Below, in pieces: positions 11,402 through 23,916 of a stretch of DNA of 51,190 nucleotides (position 1 is its first letter; every line of letters begins with the position of its first letter). Origin of the DNA: Neophaeotheca triangularis (taxonomy: Eukaryota); contig BAAIJX010000095.1 in NCBI GenBank assembly GCA_054600435.1, positions 1 through 51,190 of the forward strand, given 5' to 3'. Both the position numbers and the translations under genes were made by a program. The notes below the pieces were generated by a model. It was not told the origin of the DNA, made no database searches, and saw nothing but the letters and a program-made list of their open reading frames with translations.

Positions 11402-14400
11402 TCACGCAAGCCCCAACAACTTCTTATTCTTCTTAATCATCTTCCTCAAAGCATTCTCCCTCTCCTCGCCCACCCTCTTCGCATCCGCCATCTGGCGCTC
11501 ACCAACCCCACTTCTCACAGCGGCAGCAGCACCAGCCCTGGAAGCCTCGTCCTGCGCGCCCGCCTCAACCTGCCCTTCAGCGCCGCTATAACGGCCGTTA
11601 GCACCAGCCATGGAAGCCGCAGGAGGCATGACGAATTCGTTGATGTACCGCTGCGCCTCGTCGACGAGGAAAGCGCCCTTCTTAGAACCGCCGTCTTGCA
11701 CCATTTGCTCCATGACGCTGACGCCACGCCCGCTCTCGCCGCCGGATTTGCCCCACGCGCCTCCCCGCCCTTGAAGTTGTTGCCGGTCGAGGAAGGCGCG
11801 CTTCATCGTGTCCAGATCTAGGGCCGGGAAGCCTAGCTCGTTTTGCGGTTTGGTCGTATGGAAGCGGAGTTCCTCAGGGAGAGTGCGCATGTGCGCCTCG
11901 AGCTCTAAGAACCGCTGCTCGAGTTCTTCCGTCAAGGCTCGAAGGTGCGCGCCAGTGGGCGTGACGACGCCGCGGCCCCAGCTAGATCTGTTGCCGCCGC
12001 TCGAATAGTGTACGGCGGGTGCGGCTTCCTTGAGCAGCGCGTCAATCTCGTTCTTAGTGAGGCTGACCTTGAAATCGCCGTTCCAAAAGGCAGAGTTGAC
12101 GGGATTGGAAATGTCTTGAGCGGTGATTGGGTGTGGCGCTTTGACATTGGGAGATTGATGTGGGGTGCGCAGTATGGCCTCCAGACATCTCTGCATTCCC
12201 GGATCGAGAGACTTGAGCTCATCAAGAATGGCGGCCGGTGTCAGGGTTGGAGTCGGTGGCGATGTGGGGCGCTCAGTAGGAGGCTGGACTTGAGGAGCCT
12301 GAGTTGGAGTCTTTGGTGGTGGTGTTGTTGACTCTGGAATAACTTCCTCTTTGGCGACTTCGACAACCGGAGATGGCTTTGGACCCGGGCTGGCGGGTCT
12401 ACTAGCCGTGGGTGTTGTGTCGGCAGTACCTGCAGGCTCCCTCGCCTTCGCTTTGGTTTTCGGCTCCTTCTCCTTCTTAGTCTTCTTCTTCCTACTTACG
12501 ATTGCCTCTTGCTGTTGGTAGGCCTCATCCGCAGCCTTGTTCTTCTCCTTCTCCTCTTCTGCCAGCCGAAGTCTTTCTTCTTCGATAGCCTTGGCACGTT
12601 CCTGCCTGTCCTTTTTCATTTGGTTCTTTGTCTTGGCTCGCACAGGCGCAGACCCAACCTTTCCGCCTGGCGGAGGCGAGTTGGCACGTGAGATGGGAGC
12701 AGATGCCATTGAAATATTATCCGAAATGTGTTCGCTCGAGGGGGTATCGGGTTGGTTCATGCTCGCCATACTCGGCTGTCTGGATGGCATTTTGAAAGCC
12801 GCAGGGACTGCAGAAGGTGTCGGTAAAGCGGGTTGCACGGGTTGCGCGGTCGGTTGTGTCGGTGCTTCTTCAGCTTTGGGTGTTTGAACGACACGAAGTG
12901 TCTTTGGTACATTACGGACAGCTGGCGAAGAGGCACCTGGACTAGGAGGAGCCGAGATACCAGATGGAGTCTGAGCATTGCTGGCCGGTTGCGACTTTTT
13001 CGGGGTACTGGTAGAGGCAGGAGAAGCCTTTGCGATGGGTTTCTCTTCCTTTAGAGCTGGAACGGCCGCTTGACTTACCGCGGCTGTAATGTCAAGCTTG
13101 CCTGGATGTTTACGCTTGCCCGTTTCGGGTTTCGATTCTTCAGGCTTCGGCTCCTCAGGTTTGGCCTTTGTTGTTGAGACCGCCTTGTCGTCTTTGGCAG
13201 GAGTTTGCTGTACAACCTTGGCCGCTGTCTTCGGGGTAGCTGGCGCTTCAGGCTTCGGCTCTTTTGGCTCTTTGGCTGGCACATTGGCCTTGGAGGAAAT
13301 GTCGCGTTTTGGTTCAACGGCCGTCTTTTTCGATGTGGCGGCAGGTTTGGTCGACTCTGCGGTTGGAAGGGGCTGGCTCGGCTGAGCATTCTCTTTCTTG
13401 ATCTCCGATTCAACCTTTTTAGCTACAACGGCGGTACTTTTGGACCTGGCCTCTTCTTTTGTGCCGATAGGATCGGGAAAAGGCGCCTTTGAAGATTCTT
13501 CTTCTGTAGTGTCTTTATTAGTAGGCTTTTCATCTTCCTTTGTCCCTTTCTCGTTTGATGGCTTCGCCTGGGCAGGAGTCGAAGGCCTCAATGGCAATAC
13601 GGGCGTGATCTGACTTGTTGTACGTTTGATACCAGCTCGAGATGACGGTCTCGATCCAGCTCGCGATGATGGACTTGATGCAGTCCCTTCGAGGTCAGGA
13701 AGCGCAGTGGGCTTGGTAAGTCCCGGTGGCACCGAAGGGGTCGAACGCCGGCTTTCTACAGCGGCAAGGTCTATGTGTTCGAACCCTGGTGGAACCGGAG
13801 GTGTCGAAACCCGAGAACTGATCGGCTCGTTAAGCGAGATGCTTTGAGTACGTGAGGGCGGTCCGAGAGGGGGGAAGTCGACATCACCTGTAGAAAAAAC
13901 GTTAGCGAACGGGTTCTTTTGGCTGAGAGCGTAAAGCGTGAATCCTCCTCTTTCAGCAACGCATCCTCCTCTTTAAGCCTTGGCGGCAACGATGGCAACG
14001 GCGACGGCGACGGCAAATAAGCCCTACCTATAGCTACACTACGAAAGCAGCGCAAGGCTCGAGCTATGTACACTTGAGGGTTTTGCGGTCTCTGGAAAGA
14101 TCATAATTGCAAGCCACCAAATGCTGACTCTGGACTACCTAATATCTATCAGCTTATCAGCCTCGTCGCGAAAGCTGAGCGAAAGCTGAAGAGCTGAGAT
14201 ACGTACAGGTGTGTGCAGTGTGTTCGAGCCGAATGTAAAAGGAATCTTGCTCCGATAACACCATGCTCGAAAGCCTCTCAAGAACCGGTGGGTGAGCAAC
14301 TCGCTGATGAGGATGTTCGTAGTCGTCCCAGATTTGCGCAAGCTCAAGCTTCGAGCGAGCCAACGCTTGGCTGCCGTCCATCTTGTGTGATATTCTCTTG

Positions 14401-16906
14401 CAAATCTTGCTCCAGAAACGCCATGCATAAAAACACGCCGCAAACCACATTGTACCGAGAGACGCCGTCGCTAATCACCATCGCCCACCATATCCGCCGC
14501 CGCCATGCATGTTGCCGTATGCGCCCAGACCACCAGCCGCAGCTCCACCATAGACACCGAGCCCGCCCTGTTGAAGCCGCGCTTGAAGCATGTGATCATC
14601 CACGCTTCCAGACATTGACGAAGAAGAAGTGTTAGCACCTCGATGGTGCTTCTTGCCTTTCTTCTTGCGCTGCTTCTCGCCTTCACTGCCCGACCCGAAA
14701 GCCGACAGGGAGGCATAAGGGGCATGGTTATTCGGTCCATAGATTTGCGGGCTGGCGGCCTGTGCCATATGATGTGTGTAATTAGGATAAGAAGGGTACT
14801 CACGCTTTGCGGCGTCATTCTGCGCCATGCTCGGGTCGCGTCCACCGCGGAGGAGAGAGCGCATCATTTCCTCGTTGGCGTTGCGACTCGTAGCGCTATT
14901 CACACCATATTGCAAGCCTCCTGTGGTGAAGTTGTGGCCCTGAGAGAAAGTCATGCCACCACTGACCGGAGGCGTCCCTGTAGTCTTCAAACCAGGTGGA
15001 GGACCTTGAACGTTGGACGTAAAGAACTGACCGTTTGGCGCTTGGTGTTGATTGCCGAAGTGATTGCCAGCACCTGCAGAAGGCATCATGGAAGATTGCT
15101 GGTTCATAAGCTTGGGGTTCGCAACAGGCTTCACAGCGGTCGAGGCCGAGGCAGTGTCGTTTGCGAAGGAGAATCGAGATACGTTGCGTTGATGTCCCGG
15201 AGGCTGAGATGGCTGCGGGCCGGGCTGGGTGGCATTCGCGTAGCCCTGGTTGACGCCGGCACCCCTCATAGTCTGCAGAAGGAGCTGTTGGTGCTGTTGT
15301 GGAGTAAGTCCTCTTTCAGCAGGAGAAGCAACACCGCTAAGATGAAAGCGTGGATCTATTGCAGAATCTTGCCCGACACCTGGAGAGGCTGAGATTTGGC
15401 TTAGCCCTTGTCGTTCCTCGGGCTCGCCACCAAGCTGCATGCTGCCGCTCATCTCAGGATTGTCCTCATTCTCCCCGGCTGCGATTTGTTGCTGCTGCGC
15501 CAATCGAAGCTCCTGTTCCTGCCTTCGCTGCTCTTCTTCCCGCTCTTGCTGTGCTTCTTCGCGCTGCTTTCGAGCTCTCTTCTTCGCACCCCCGTCGTGA
15601 TCAAACAGTGGCGCAAACTTGTCAAGAATCATGGCATCTGTTTCAGAGAGAGCTTGCGGAGAAAACACAAAACGGAAGTCATCAACGGTAAGGGTTTTGA
15701 GCATGTCCAGAAGCGGCGCATCGCCCTTTTCTTTCTTGGGGCGAGTTTGCTTAGGAGTAGCTTGAGAGACGGCCGAGGCATCTTGTGCTGTCGCAGCTTC
15801 CACCGGAAACTGATCCTGAGCTGATGCTGATGGTTCCGGTTCCGTAGAGACCGGATCGGCTTTGGCAGGCGCAGGGCTTTCGACAGTACCACTAGTGGAT
15901 CGACTCTCAGTCCGGCTTTGTTGCGCTTGGGGCGGTCGAGAAGCCCAACTTGCGGTGGATGGCAACGCTGGTCTCTCTCCCGCAGGACTTGAAGGCTGAT
16001 CGCTCGGCTGCCGCTGCATTGGTTGCGAGGAAGAGGCCGAAGCGACTGGCTGCTGTGACTGAGGCGGTGGTTGTCTCGAGGCGGCTTGGGAAGTGTTCGC
16101 GTTCAGGCTGGAGAGATCGGCTCGCGAGTAACTCTCGTTTGCTTCTCCAGGCTCATGCAAGAACATGCAATTTCTATTTGTACAAGTTTCGCCTCGGAGG
16201 TATGCTGAGCAGTACTTGGTGGTTCCAAATTGCGCGCGAAGGGTCCTGTCGCCATTGTCGGAGCCGTCGACCATGCGGATGCAAGTGGCAGCGTCTTCCT
16301 TCCGTTCGTAGGTGACGTAGATACCAACGCTCTGGGGATGAGTCGGATCTTTGGCCTTTGACACGACGATTTTGATGATTTTGCCGTATTGTCCAAAGTA
16401 TTGGTCGCCCCTCAGAGTTGCCAACAATTTGTCTTCCTGGCTACTAGGGCTTAGACCTGTCACATAAACGAGGTTTTTCTGCACCACTCGTAGTCCTGCC
16501 AGATGCTTGCGGCTCAGGCTGTCAGCCTCGGCCTTTTGCTTCTCCTTTTGCGCGGCGGACTGGGCCTTCTTCTGCTTTTGTGCTTGTCGAAGCTTATGCG
16601 CTGCGGCTTCCTCGGGGGTGATGACTTTGTACTCGATATCCTTGTCATTGTAGGGCCGACGACACGCAGGACAGAGGCCGTTCATGTTGGTCTTGACGTT
16701 GTGGTAGCAGAACTGGCATATTTGGTAGCCACACGGACCTAGATGAGTAAGTCAGTGAATACTGTGTGTCAAGCGAGGCGTGTTGCGAGAAAGGCCTTAC
16801 ATGGTCGGAAGCCTTGGTCTGTAACGTCCAGCTCCTCTACGCAAAGCGGACATGTCTCCTCCTCGTCCTCCTCGAATATATACTGGTCCATCTGCGTGCG
16901 GGACAT
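11402..16906 (-). CDS. NOT4: CCR4-NOT E3 ligase Not4, long isoform ~1508 aa; exons 16906-16801, 16738-14804, 13887-11402
   Basis: RING CPLCVEE...C|PCGYQICQFC...CPAC, RRM (VVQKNLVYVTGL...YFGQYGKI), C3H1 (TKYCSAYLRGETCTNRNCMFLH). Donor AAGC|GTGAGT (14803) and GCTAAC...CAG| acceptor (13888) are both phase 1 and join the 776-aa downstream ORF, which has no ATG start of its own. Confidence 0.75.
14475..16906 (-). CDS. NOT4: Not4 short isoform ~789 aa (reads through the 14803 donor into a His/Lys/Gly-rich tail); exons 16906-16801, 16738-14475
   Basis: The ORF continues ~110 codons past the donor (REYPSY...RKKKGKKHHRGANTSSS...GGGGYGGRW*). Confidence 0.7.
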
Positions 16907-17367
16907 AGCCGCGGTGTTCGTGCGTTTTCACGCGTCGTAGTGGCGGCGTGGCGTAGGGTATGCCCAAACGTGGATGAGCACCGAAGCAAGTGCTGTGGGG
17001 AATCCAGGATGGCGTGGCTTTTCAGCGGCGGAGGTGGTGATGGAAGGGGTAGAAGAGACGGTGGCGGTGATTAGAGTAGTATAGATGGCGGTGGGGGTGG
17101 TTCCGTGTCGGGCGTGATGGAGATGGAGAGGGAGAGAGAGGGGGTAGGGGGGTGTTTGTGTCGTGTTACAAGATGGGAGAGCTGCCGGAGAGGTGAAGAT
17201 TGGAAGGAAGGTACGAAGTCACGGGCACCGCTTGCTTCCAGTCCGCGCTAGTGTTGCTTGGCACTAGCATCCGAAGCGAGCAGCGACAGCATCATCAACT
17301 GCACCTACCGAACGACGGCCGTCGCGCATATTGATTTCATACTTGACGAATTCTCAATCACACTACC

Positions 17368-18433
17368 ATGGCAATGAGACGCAGTGCGGCAAAGCCCTTG
17401 AGGTCCGTGGTGGACGCCGTCAAGAGCTCCAACGGCTCGTCGGCGGCCAGGGCCTTCGCCACGACCGTCTCGAGGCCCAAGGAGCTGGCGGGAGATGTCT
17501 CTGATCGCCCCAACCTGCGCGTAGGTTACACTCAAGAGCATTTTGCCGTGAGAGAGGTAATTATACTGACACGCGAGGACTCAGCATGCTCAGCGCGGCG
17601 CCCAGGGCAACTTCCACGCCCCCATAGTCAACCCAGCCGACCGACACCAAGAGAAGGCCGAAGCCCTCCACAAATACGGCCAATACCTGCTCTCATGCCT
17701 GCCAAAATACATTCAACAGTGCGAAACGACTCCATGCCACCTGACGCAACCTGCAAGCATACTAAACAACTTACAGATTTTCCGTCTGGAAGGATGAGTT
17801 GTGCATCTTCATTGCCCCAAACGCCGTGACCCCAGTCTTCAAGTTCCTCAAGTACCACACCGCCGCCGAATACACTCAGGTCTCCGACATCACTGCCGTC
17901 GACTACCCGACTAGAAACATGCGCTTCGAAGTAGTCTACAACATGCTCAGCATGCGACACAACTCCCGCATCCGAGTTAAGACCTACGCTGATGAAGCTA
18001 GCCCTGTGCCATCCATCACCGACCTCTACGACGGGGCGAACTGGTACGAGAGGGAGGTTTACGATCTATTCGGCGTGTTCTTCACAGGCCACCCTGATTT
18101 GAGGAGGATTTTGACAGACTATGGCTTTGATGGACACCCGCTGAGGAAGGATTTCCCTCTTACGGGTTACACCGAGATTAGATATGACGAAGAGAAGAAG
18201 CGCATTGTGGTAGAGCCATTGGAGTTGACGCAGGCTTTCCGGAACTTTGAGGGTGGTACAGCTGCGTGGGAGCAGGTCGGGCCGGGACACGATCGAAAGC
18301 CAGAGAGCGTAAGTAGGAATGACGGCCGGCGAGAGGTCACACGACTAAGATCGGAGGGTACTGACACAATGGACAGTTCAAACTCCCAACACCGAAGCCA
18401 GAGCCCAAGCCCGAGGGGGAGCAGAAGAAGTAG
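17368..18433 (+). CDS. NDUFS3: NADH:ubiquinone oxidoreductase 30 kDa subunit (NDUFS3/NuoC), ~291 aa; exons 17368-17520, 17585-17718, 17777-18308, 18377-18433
   Basis: Mitochondrial presequence; [57 protein letters not shown]; three GT-AG introns keep frame; divergent from NOT4 (~460 bp). Confidence 0.96.
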
Positions 18434-18921
18434 TGGTATCGCTACGGTCACAGGCGGCGTGTATAGAATATGTACATACGCATCACAAGGATGGTTTAGC
18501 AGCACAATCATTCCGTTCTCACTGCTTTCACGTTATAAATTTGCCATCTTAATGACTCTGTCCACACGTCCTGGTGTCCACTGGTAGATGCTGCAGGTAT
18601 GCATACAGTACTTTATAGTGGGGGGTTGACAGACACCCGACCCTGTGATGTGGATTTCAAAGTCGGGCGACAACGATCCGAATCACAAAATATATAAAAC
18701 ATCACTCGTCCGTGACTATCAATGTCTCATTAACAAGTGGTAGGTTTTCGACCTTCGACTATCGTAGCCAGTCGTAACGAGAGGGCTTCCAAACTCTGTT
18801 GTGAGATAGAACAAGTCTGTTCGTTTCCAAGGTTCTATTTCGACTTGAGCGAAGCCATCCTCGCCAGAAAGGCACAACTCAAGAAACCAGATCACTTCGA
18901 TCCACAGCCGCCACGCCCATT

Positions 18922-19911
18922 ATGGCAGACAGAGAAAATCTCAGCAAAAGGGCCATCCCCTTCATGACCCTATCAGATGGCTCCGAAGCCTCAGCAACAG
19001 CTCCTCCGCCACCAATGCCACATTACCTGAACGCCGAAGGTCGAGCACTCGCCCGTTTCGCAGTGGAAGGCAATGTAGTCGGTACGTACACAGTAGTTTC
19101 CGCTCCTCTTAAAAAAAAAAAAAACACCACCTAATTAACGCAACCCCCTGCAGTCACCGGCGGAGCAGGCACCCTCGGACTCTCCGCCGCCCGCGCACTC
19201 CTCGAACACGGCGCCAGCGGCATCGCCCTCTGGGACCTCGAAAGCACGCTGCGGTCGTCCCAAACCGCGATCCACGCCCTGGCAGCCGACTTCCCCCAAG
19301 TCCGCGTCTTCGGCGCCGCCGTCGACGTAACCTCACCCGAAGCGATCTCGGAAGCCCTCTCCGCCACCATCGCCACCTTCAGCGGCGCCAGCATCTCGCA
19401 CCTCTTCTGCTTCGCGGGAATAGTCGGGTGCGTGCACGCCATGGAAATGACGGCAGAGCAATGGCGCAAGACCCTCGACGTCAACTCCACCGGAGCATTC
19501 TTGTGCGCGCAAGCCATCGCGAAACACATCACCGCGCAGCCGAAACCGTCGCCAGGCGGGAGCATCACTCTCACGGCGTCGATATCCGCGCATAGAGTCA
19601 ATTTCCCGCAACCTCAGGCCGCTTATAATGTTTCCAAGGCGGCGATTGTGGCGCTCAAATCGAGTTTGGCGGCCGAGTGGGCGCATTTGGGGGTTAGGGT
19701 TAATAGTATCAGTCCCGGGTATATGGACACGGTCTTGAATGAGGGGGAGGGGTTGAAGGAGGCGAGGGATGTGTGGGCGGGGAGGAATCCAATGGGCAGG
19801 ATGGGGGCGGTGGGGGAGCTGGATGGGATGTGTGTTTTGTTGGCCAGTAGGGCGGGGAGTTATATCAATGGGGCGGATATGGTCATTGATGGCGGTGCCA
19901 TCATTTTTTAA
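18922..19911 (+). CDS. Short-chain dehydrogenase (sorbose reductase / D-arabinitol dehydrogenase-like), ~305 aa; exons 18922-19081, 19154-19911
   Basis: V|TGGAGTLG Rossmann motif after splicing; ASISAHRVNFPQPQAAYNVSKAA (YxxSK); RVNSISPGYMDT; GADMVIDGG. Confidence 0.9.
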
Positions 19912-20263
19912 CAATGTCGATGAGGGGATGATACGGTCAAGAGCGGCCTTGTGAGATATGGGGCTGAGTCGACTCGATAGGCGCTGACATAGATGGACAC
20001 GAAAAGAAATACAAAGCGAAATTGTTTTCAGATAACAAGTTCCGGGTTCCATACTTTGGGTATCATTGATTAGGTATTATTGCAACACCACGTAAAGGTA
20101 CACCGCAGAGAAAACGCCAGCCCAGTCCATCCCATCACCAACCCCGTCGCTCGATAACAAAACCCCATCAAAGTGTCGCCATCGCTCGTCTCCTAACGCT
20201 TGAAGGAACCCGCGACTCCCTTGATCTTATGCTCTCAGCATCTTGGAAGCGCACGCGCCTCTC

Positions 20264-20798
20264 TCAAACCTTAGAAGAGCTGCTGCTGCTGCGGCCACGG
20301 CGCCAGATAAGCGTCTGCATGACAGCAGTGACAATGTAGAGGATGACGCTGAGGACGGCGACAGCGAAGGCGGCCATGAAGAGACGGCATCCACTGCTTC
20401 CGCTTCCGTCGTAAACTACACGCGGGTATGCTGGGCTGCTGCAACCCTCAGTAGCGCTGCGGTTGACGATCGCGACAGCCATCATGACGCCCACGAAGAG
20501 GATGTCGATGGCGATCCGTGGGATGGCGAAAAAGGAGATGCCGGCCGTACAGCAGATGAGGAAGAATGAGATTGAAGACCAGAGAAGACTGGCGCAGCCG
20601 AGGGCCAGGGAGCCGATGTTGCGCTTGCTGATTTGGGTTGCGGTGAACTGGGAGACATGTTAGGGAGGGCAACCATCATCTATTGCTAGGAGTGCAACAT
20701 ACCCATGCAAAGGCCGCGGTGATGATGATGCTGGAGCACCAGATAATGCCGTAGCAGGACATCATGGTGATGCGCGCGAGACCGCCTTTGATTGCCAT
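20264..20798 (-). CDS. Small 4-TM membrane protein (MARVEL-like), ~159 aa; exons 20798-20703, 20647-20264
   Basis: MAIKGGLARITMMSCYGIIWCSSIIITAAFAW|FTATQ...; four hydrophobic segments and a Cys pair in the last loop; GTATGT...CCTAAC...CAG intron; TATATATA at ~20985. Confidence 0.72.
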
Positions 20799-21600
20799 TG
20801 TATTGGTTGATTTGGTTTGGGCAGGTAGTGTTGAGTTGAGAGGCTGGTTAGGCTGGAGAGAAGGAGGGAATGTCGTGGAAGATTGCTCGTTAGGAGACGC
20901 TGTTAGTCTGTAGGGTGAGGTTGAAGGTGATTGTTGTTTGCGAAGTGAGGAAGCAAGGGAGTCAGGGGATAATAACAGGATCGCTATATATAAGGTACTT
21001 CACCCGGAGAGATTGGGTGACACAGGCAAGCGCCATGGAACCTTCACCTGGGCATTCGAAGGCCAAGGCAGGGCGCGTCACCAAACTGTCCATAACCTTG
21101 GAAGTCGCAACCTGGAAGTCCAAGGCCACGAACATGTTTCATCGGCATCACGCATGATTTATTAACCTTGACTACGTGGACAGCCACGCTGTCATTTGGG
21201 CGGTACTGCTGCTTGTCATGAGAATTGGTAGACATTGCCCCTTGGCAAGACGTAATTGCTTTCTGTGTGAAGGTCGACCTTGGATGTTTAAAGAGACGCG
21301 CCTGTAAGGTATGCTTGGCGCAGAGCCTTACCTTAGGGCTGAGAAGGCTGCAGGTGACGTAGAATTGTGGCGCAGACCCGACGTGCCGGCTGGGTGTTTC
21401 TTGATTAAGGTTACCTACTGTAGGTACCTATTACCTAGGTACTAGATTGGACTACGGCAATGCCCGCTCAGTGCGCTCCCGGCGCTAGTCGCCGTGACAA
21501 CCACCTCAACGGTGTCAGCCACAAACATCCCAGCATTCGTACCCACATTCCATACCATAGAAATTCAAAATACTTGAGATTACAATCTTACGTCCCAGCA

Positions 21601-23916
21601 ATGCCAAATACATCCCGTGAAAGGGATTCCCGTGCATCGCCCGCGAGACGAGAACGTCGCCGACGGACTCACCAAAGAATTGACAGCAGCGGAGATGTAG
21701 CTCCGCGGAGTAGGAGGCCTCGCGATGAGGAATATGACGAAGAACCCGGATCGCCGTCGCCGACCAAGAGTAGACCGAAGAGACCGCATCGAGAGCGTGA
21801 GATGCGAAGTTCACGGCCGGTCGAGTCAGCTACCACCGCCTTGTCGTCTGATCAGCTCGCGCAATTGGACAAGCTGAATCGTAAGCTGGGGTGGGAAGAG
21901 AACGATGGGGTGCGGAGAAAGCGGGTCCAGGATGACGAGGACGCGAGAGTCGAGGACGATCGCAACCGGGCGAGAGAGAGGGAAAGAGAGCATGAGCGAC
22001 GGAGACAGGAGCATAGAGAGAGGAAAAGACGGAGGCGAGAGGAGGAGAAGGCTGCTGCTGCTGCGGGGGCGGCTTCTGTGGATGGTGGAGGTTTTGGCTA
22101 TGATAGACGTCAAAGGTCAAAGGGGAGGGTTGTCAGCGGGCAGAGATTGGAGAGAGGACCGTCGGCGTATTACAGCGAGAAGGACGACTACCGTGAAGAC
22201 GTGAGAGGAAGAGATGGAGACGGGAGTTCTGAGGATTACGACGAAGAGGCGAGGAGGCGGAAACGCAAAAAGTGGATCTATATCATGATTGGTGTTCTTG
22301 TAGTTGTGGCAATCATTGTCGGTGTTGCGGTGGGAGTCACGATGACGGGTGGCTCATCAGACGATGACGATGATGGAGGCTCCGGCGGAGGCTCTGGCGG
22401 GTCATCTTCCTCACCAAGCAACAGCAATCTCAAAGATATATCAGAAGACGATATACCGGACTCAGCAAAGGGCACTGAGCTGGATCCATTCACATGGTAC
22501 GACACGAATGACTTCAACGTTACATACACAGATGAAAAAGTTGGTGGTCTTTCCGTCATGGGTCTAATGAGCGATTGGGACGACAGTGAGAGGGCAAACG
22601 AGAACGTACCACCTCTGGATGAGAAATGGGAGTACGGAACGATGAAGATCAGGGGGGTGAATCTCGGCGGCTGGCTGTCGATTGAACCCTTCATCAGTCC
22701 TTCGCTCTTTTCAGAATGGAGCTCGCGTGACGGTGTGGTAGATGAGTACACGTTGACCGAAAGACTTGGCTCTGACCGTGCAAAGACCAAGCTAGAAGAA
22801 CACTATTCCACTTGGGTGTCAGAGCAAGACCTGAAAGACATACAAGACGCAGGATTCGACCATGTCCGCATCCCCTTCAGCTACTGGGCTATTACAACCT
22901 ACGACGATGATCCCTACGTCGCCAAGGTAAGCTGGCGCTACCTCCTCCGTGCCATCGAATGGTGCCGCAAACACGGGCTCCGAGTCAACCTCGACCTCCA
23001 CGGCGCACCCGGCTCTCAAAACGGATGGAACCATAGTGGGCGTCAAGGCGCCATCAACTGGCTCAACGGCACCGACGGCCAAAAGAACGGCGACCGCACC
23101 ATCGACATCCACAAACAGATCTCCGAATTCTTCACCCAGCCTCGCTACAAAAACATCATAACCATGTACGGTCTCGTCAACGAACCTCGCATGGTCGAGC
23201 TCGACACAGAGACAGTGCTGACGTGGACCAACAACGCCGTCGACGCCGTCCGCGCCAACAACTTCACCGGCATCATCATCTTCGGCGACGGCTTCATGGG
23301 TCTCGACAACTGGCAAGGCAAACTGCAAGACCAAGAAAAGCTCCTGCTCGACGTGCACCAATACGTCATCTTCAACACCGACCAAATTGTCCTCAACCAC
23401 AAAGACAAGCTCAACTTCGCCTGCAAAGGCTGGACAGCGCAAGCCGTGCGCTCGCAAGACACCTCCACAGGTTTCGGGCCCACGCTTTGCGGCGAGTGGT
23501 CGCAAGCCGACACGGACTGCGCGACAAATCTCAACAACGTGGGCGTGGGCAGCCGCTGGGAGGGAACGCTGAACATGGCGTCCGGCCCCGGCGGCTCTTC
23601 CGATGGTTCCGTGCTAGACCCGACGTGCCCGACGGACAACTCGCCGCGCTGCAGTTGCGAGGAAGCGAATGCCGATCCCGCCGACTACAGCGATGAGTAC
23701 CGGAAGTGGTTGAAGATGTTCGCCGAGGCGCAGATGCATAGTTTTGAGCAAGGGTGGGGGTGGTTTTATTGGACTTGGAAGACGGAGACGAATGCGCAAT
23801 GGAGTTATAAGGATGGGTTGGAGGCTGGTATGTTGCCTGAGAAGGCTTTTGAGCGGGATTATAACTGTGATGAGGAGGCGCCGGATTTTAGTAGTCAGCT
23901 GCCAGAGTTTTATTGA
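21601..23916 (+). CDS. exgD: Membrane-anchored GH5 exo-beta-1,3-glucanase (ExgD-like); in-frame upstream ATG at 21460 also possible
   Basis: Arg/Glu-rich cytosolic N-terminus, single TM (WIYIMIGVLVVVAIIVGVAVGV), RGVNLGGWLSIEPFI, DHVRIPFSYW, LDLHGAPGSQNGWNHSG, catalytic NEP and GEWS. Confidence 0.9.
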   Translation: MPNTSRERDSRASPARRERRRRTHQRIDSSGDVAPRSRRPRDEEYDEEPGSPSPTKSRPKRPHREREMRSSRPVESATTALSSDQLAQLDKLNRKLGWEENDGVRRKRVQDDEDARVEDDRNRAREREREHERRRQEHRERKRRRREEEKAAAAAGAASVDGGGFGYDRRQRSKGRVVSGQRLERGPSAYYSEKDDYREDVRGRDGDGSSEDYDEEARRRKRKKWIYIMIGVLVVVAIIVGVAVGVTMTGGSSDDDDDGGSGGGSGGSSSSPSNSNLKDISEDDIPDSAKGTELDPFTWYDTNDFNVTYTDEKVGGLSVMGLMSDWDDSERANENVPPLDEKWEYGTMKIRGVNLGGWLSIEPFISPSLFSEWSSRDGVVDEYTLTERLGSDRAKTKLEEHYSTWVSEQDLKDIQDAGFDHVRIPFSYWAITTYDDDPYVAKVSWRYLLRAIEWCRKHGLRVNLDLHGAPGSQNGWNHSGRQGAINWLNGTDGQKNGDRTIDIHKQISEFFTQPRYKNIITMYGLVNEPRMVELDTETVLTWTNNAVDAVRANNFTGIIIFGDGFMGLDNWQGKLQDQEKLLLDVHQYVIFNTDQIVLNHKDKLNFACKGWTAQAVRSQDTSTGFGPTLCGEWSQADTDCATNLNNVGVGSRWEGTLNMASGPGGSSDGSVLDPTCPTDNSPRCSCEEANADPADYSDEYRKWLKMFAEAQMHSFEQGWGWFYWTWKTETNAQWSYKDGLEAGMLPEKAFERDYNCDEEAPDFSSQLPEFY

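Noticed and set aside
11402..13732. 776-aa ORF as a stand-alone gene
   Set aside because: It starts at GTG with no nearby ATG and is preceded by a good branch point and acceptor in phase with NOT4.
21405..21445. Clustered TAGGTA/TACCTA palindromic words (similar words at ~1097)
   Set aside because: Short motifs frequent in fungal intergenic DNA; no array structure or assignable function.
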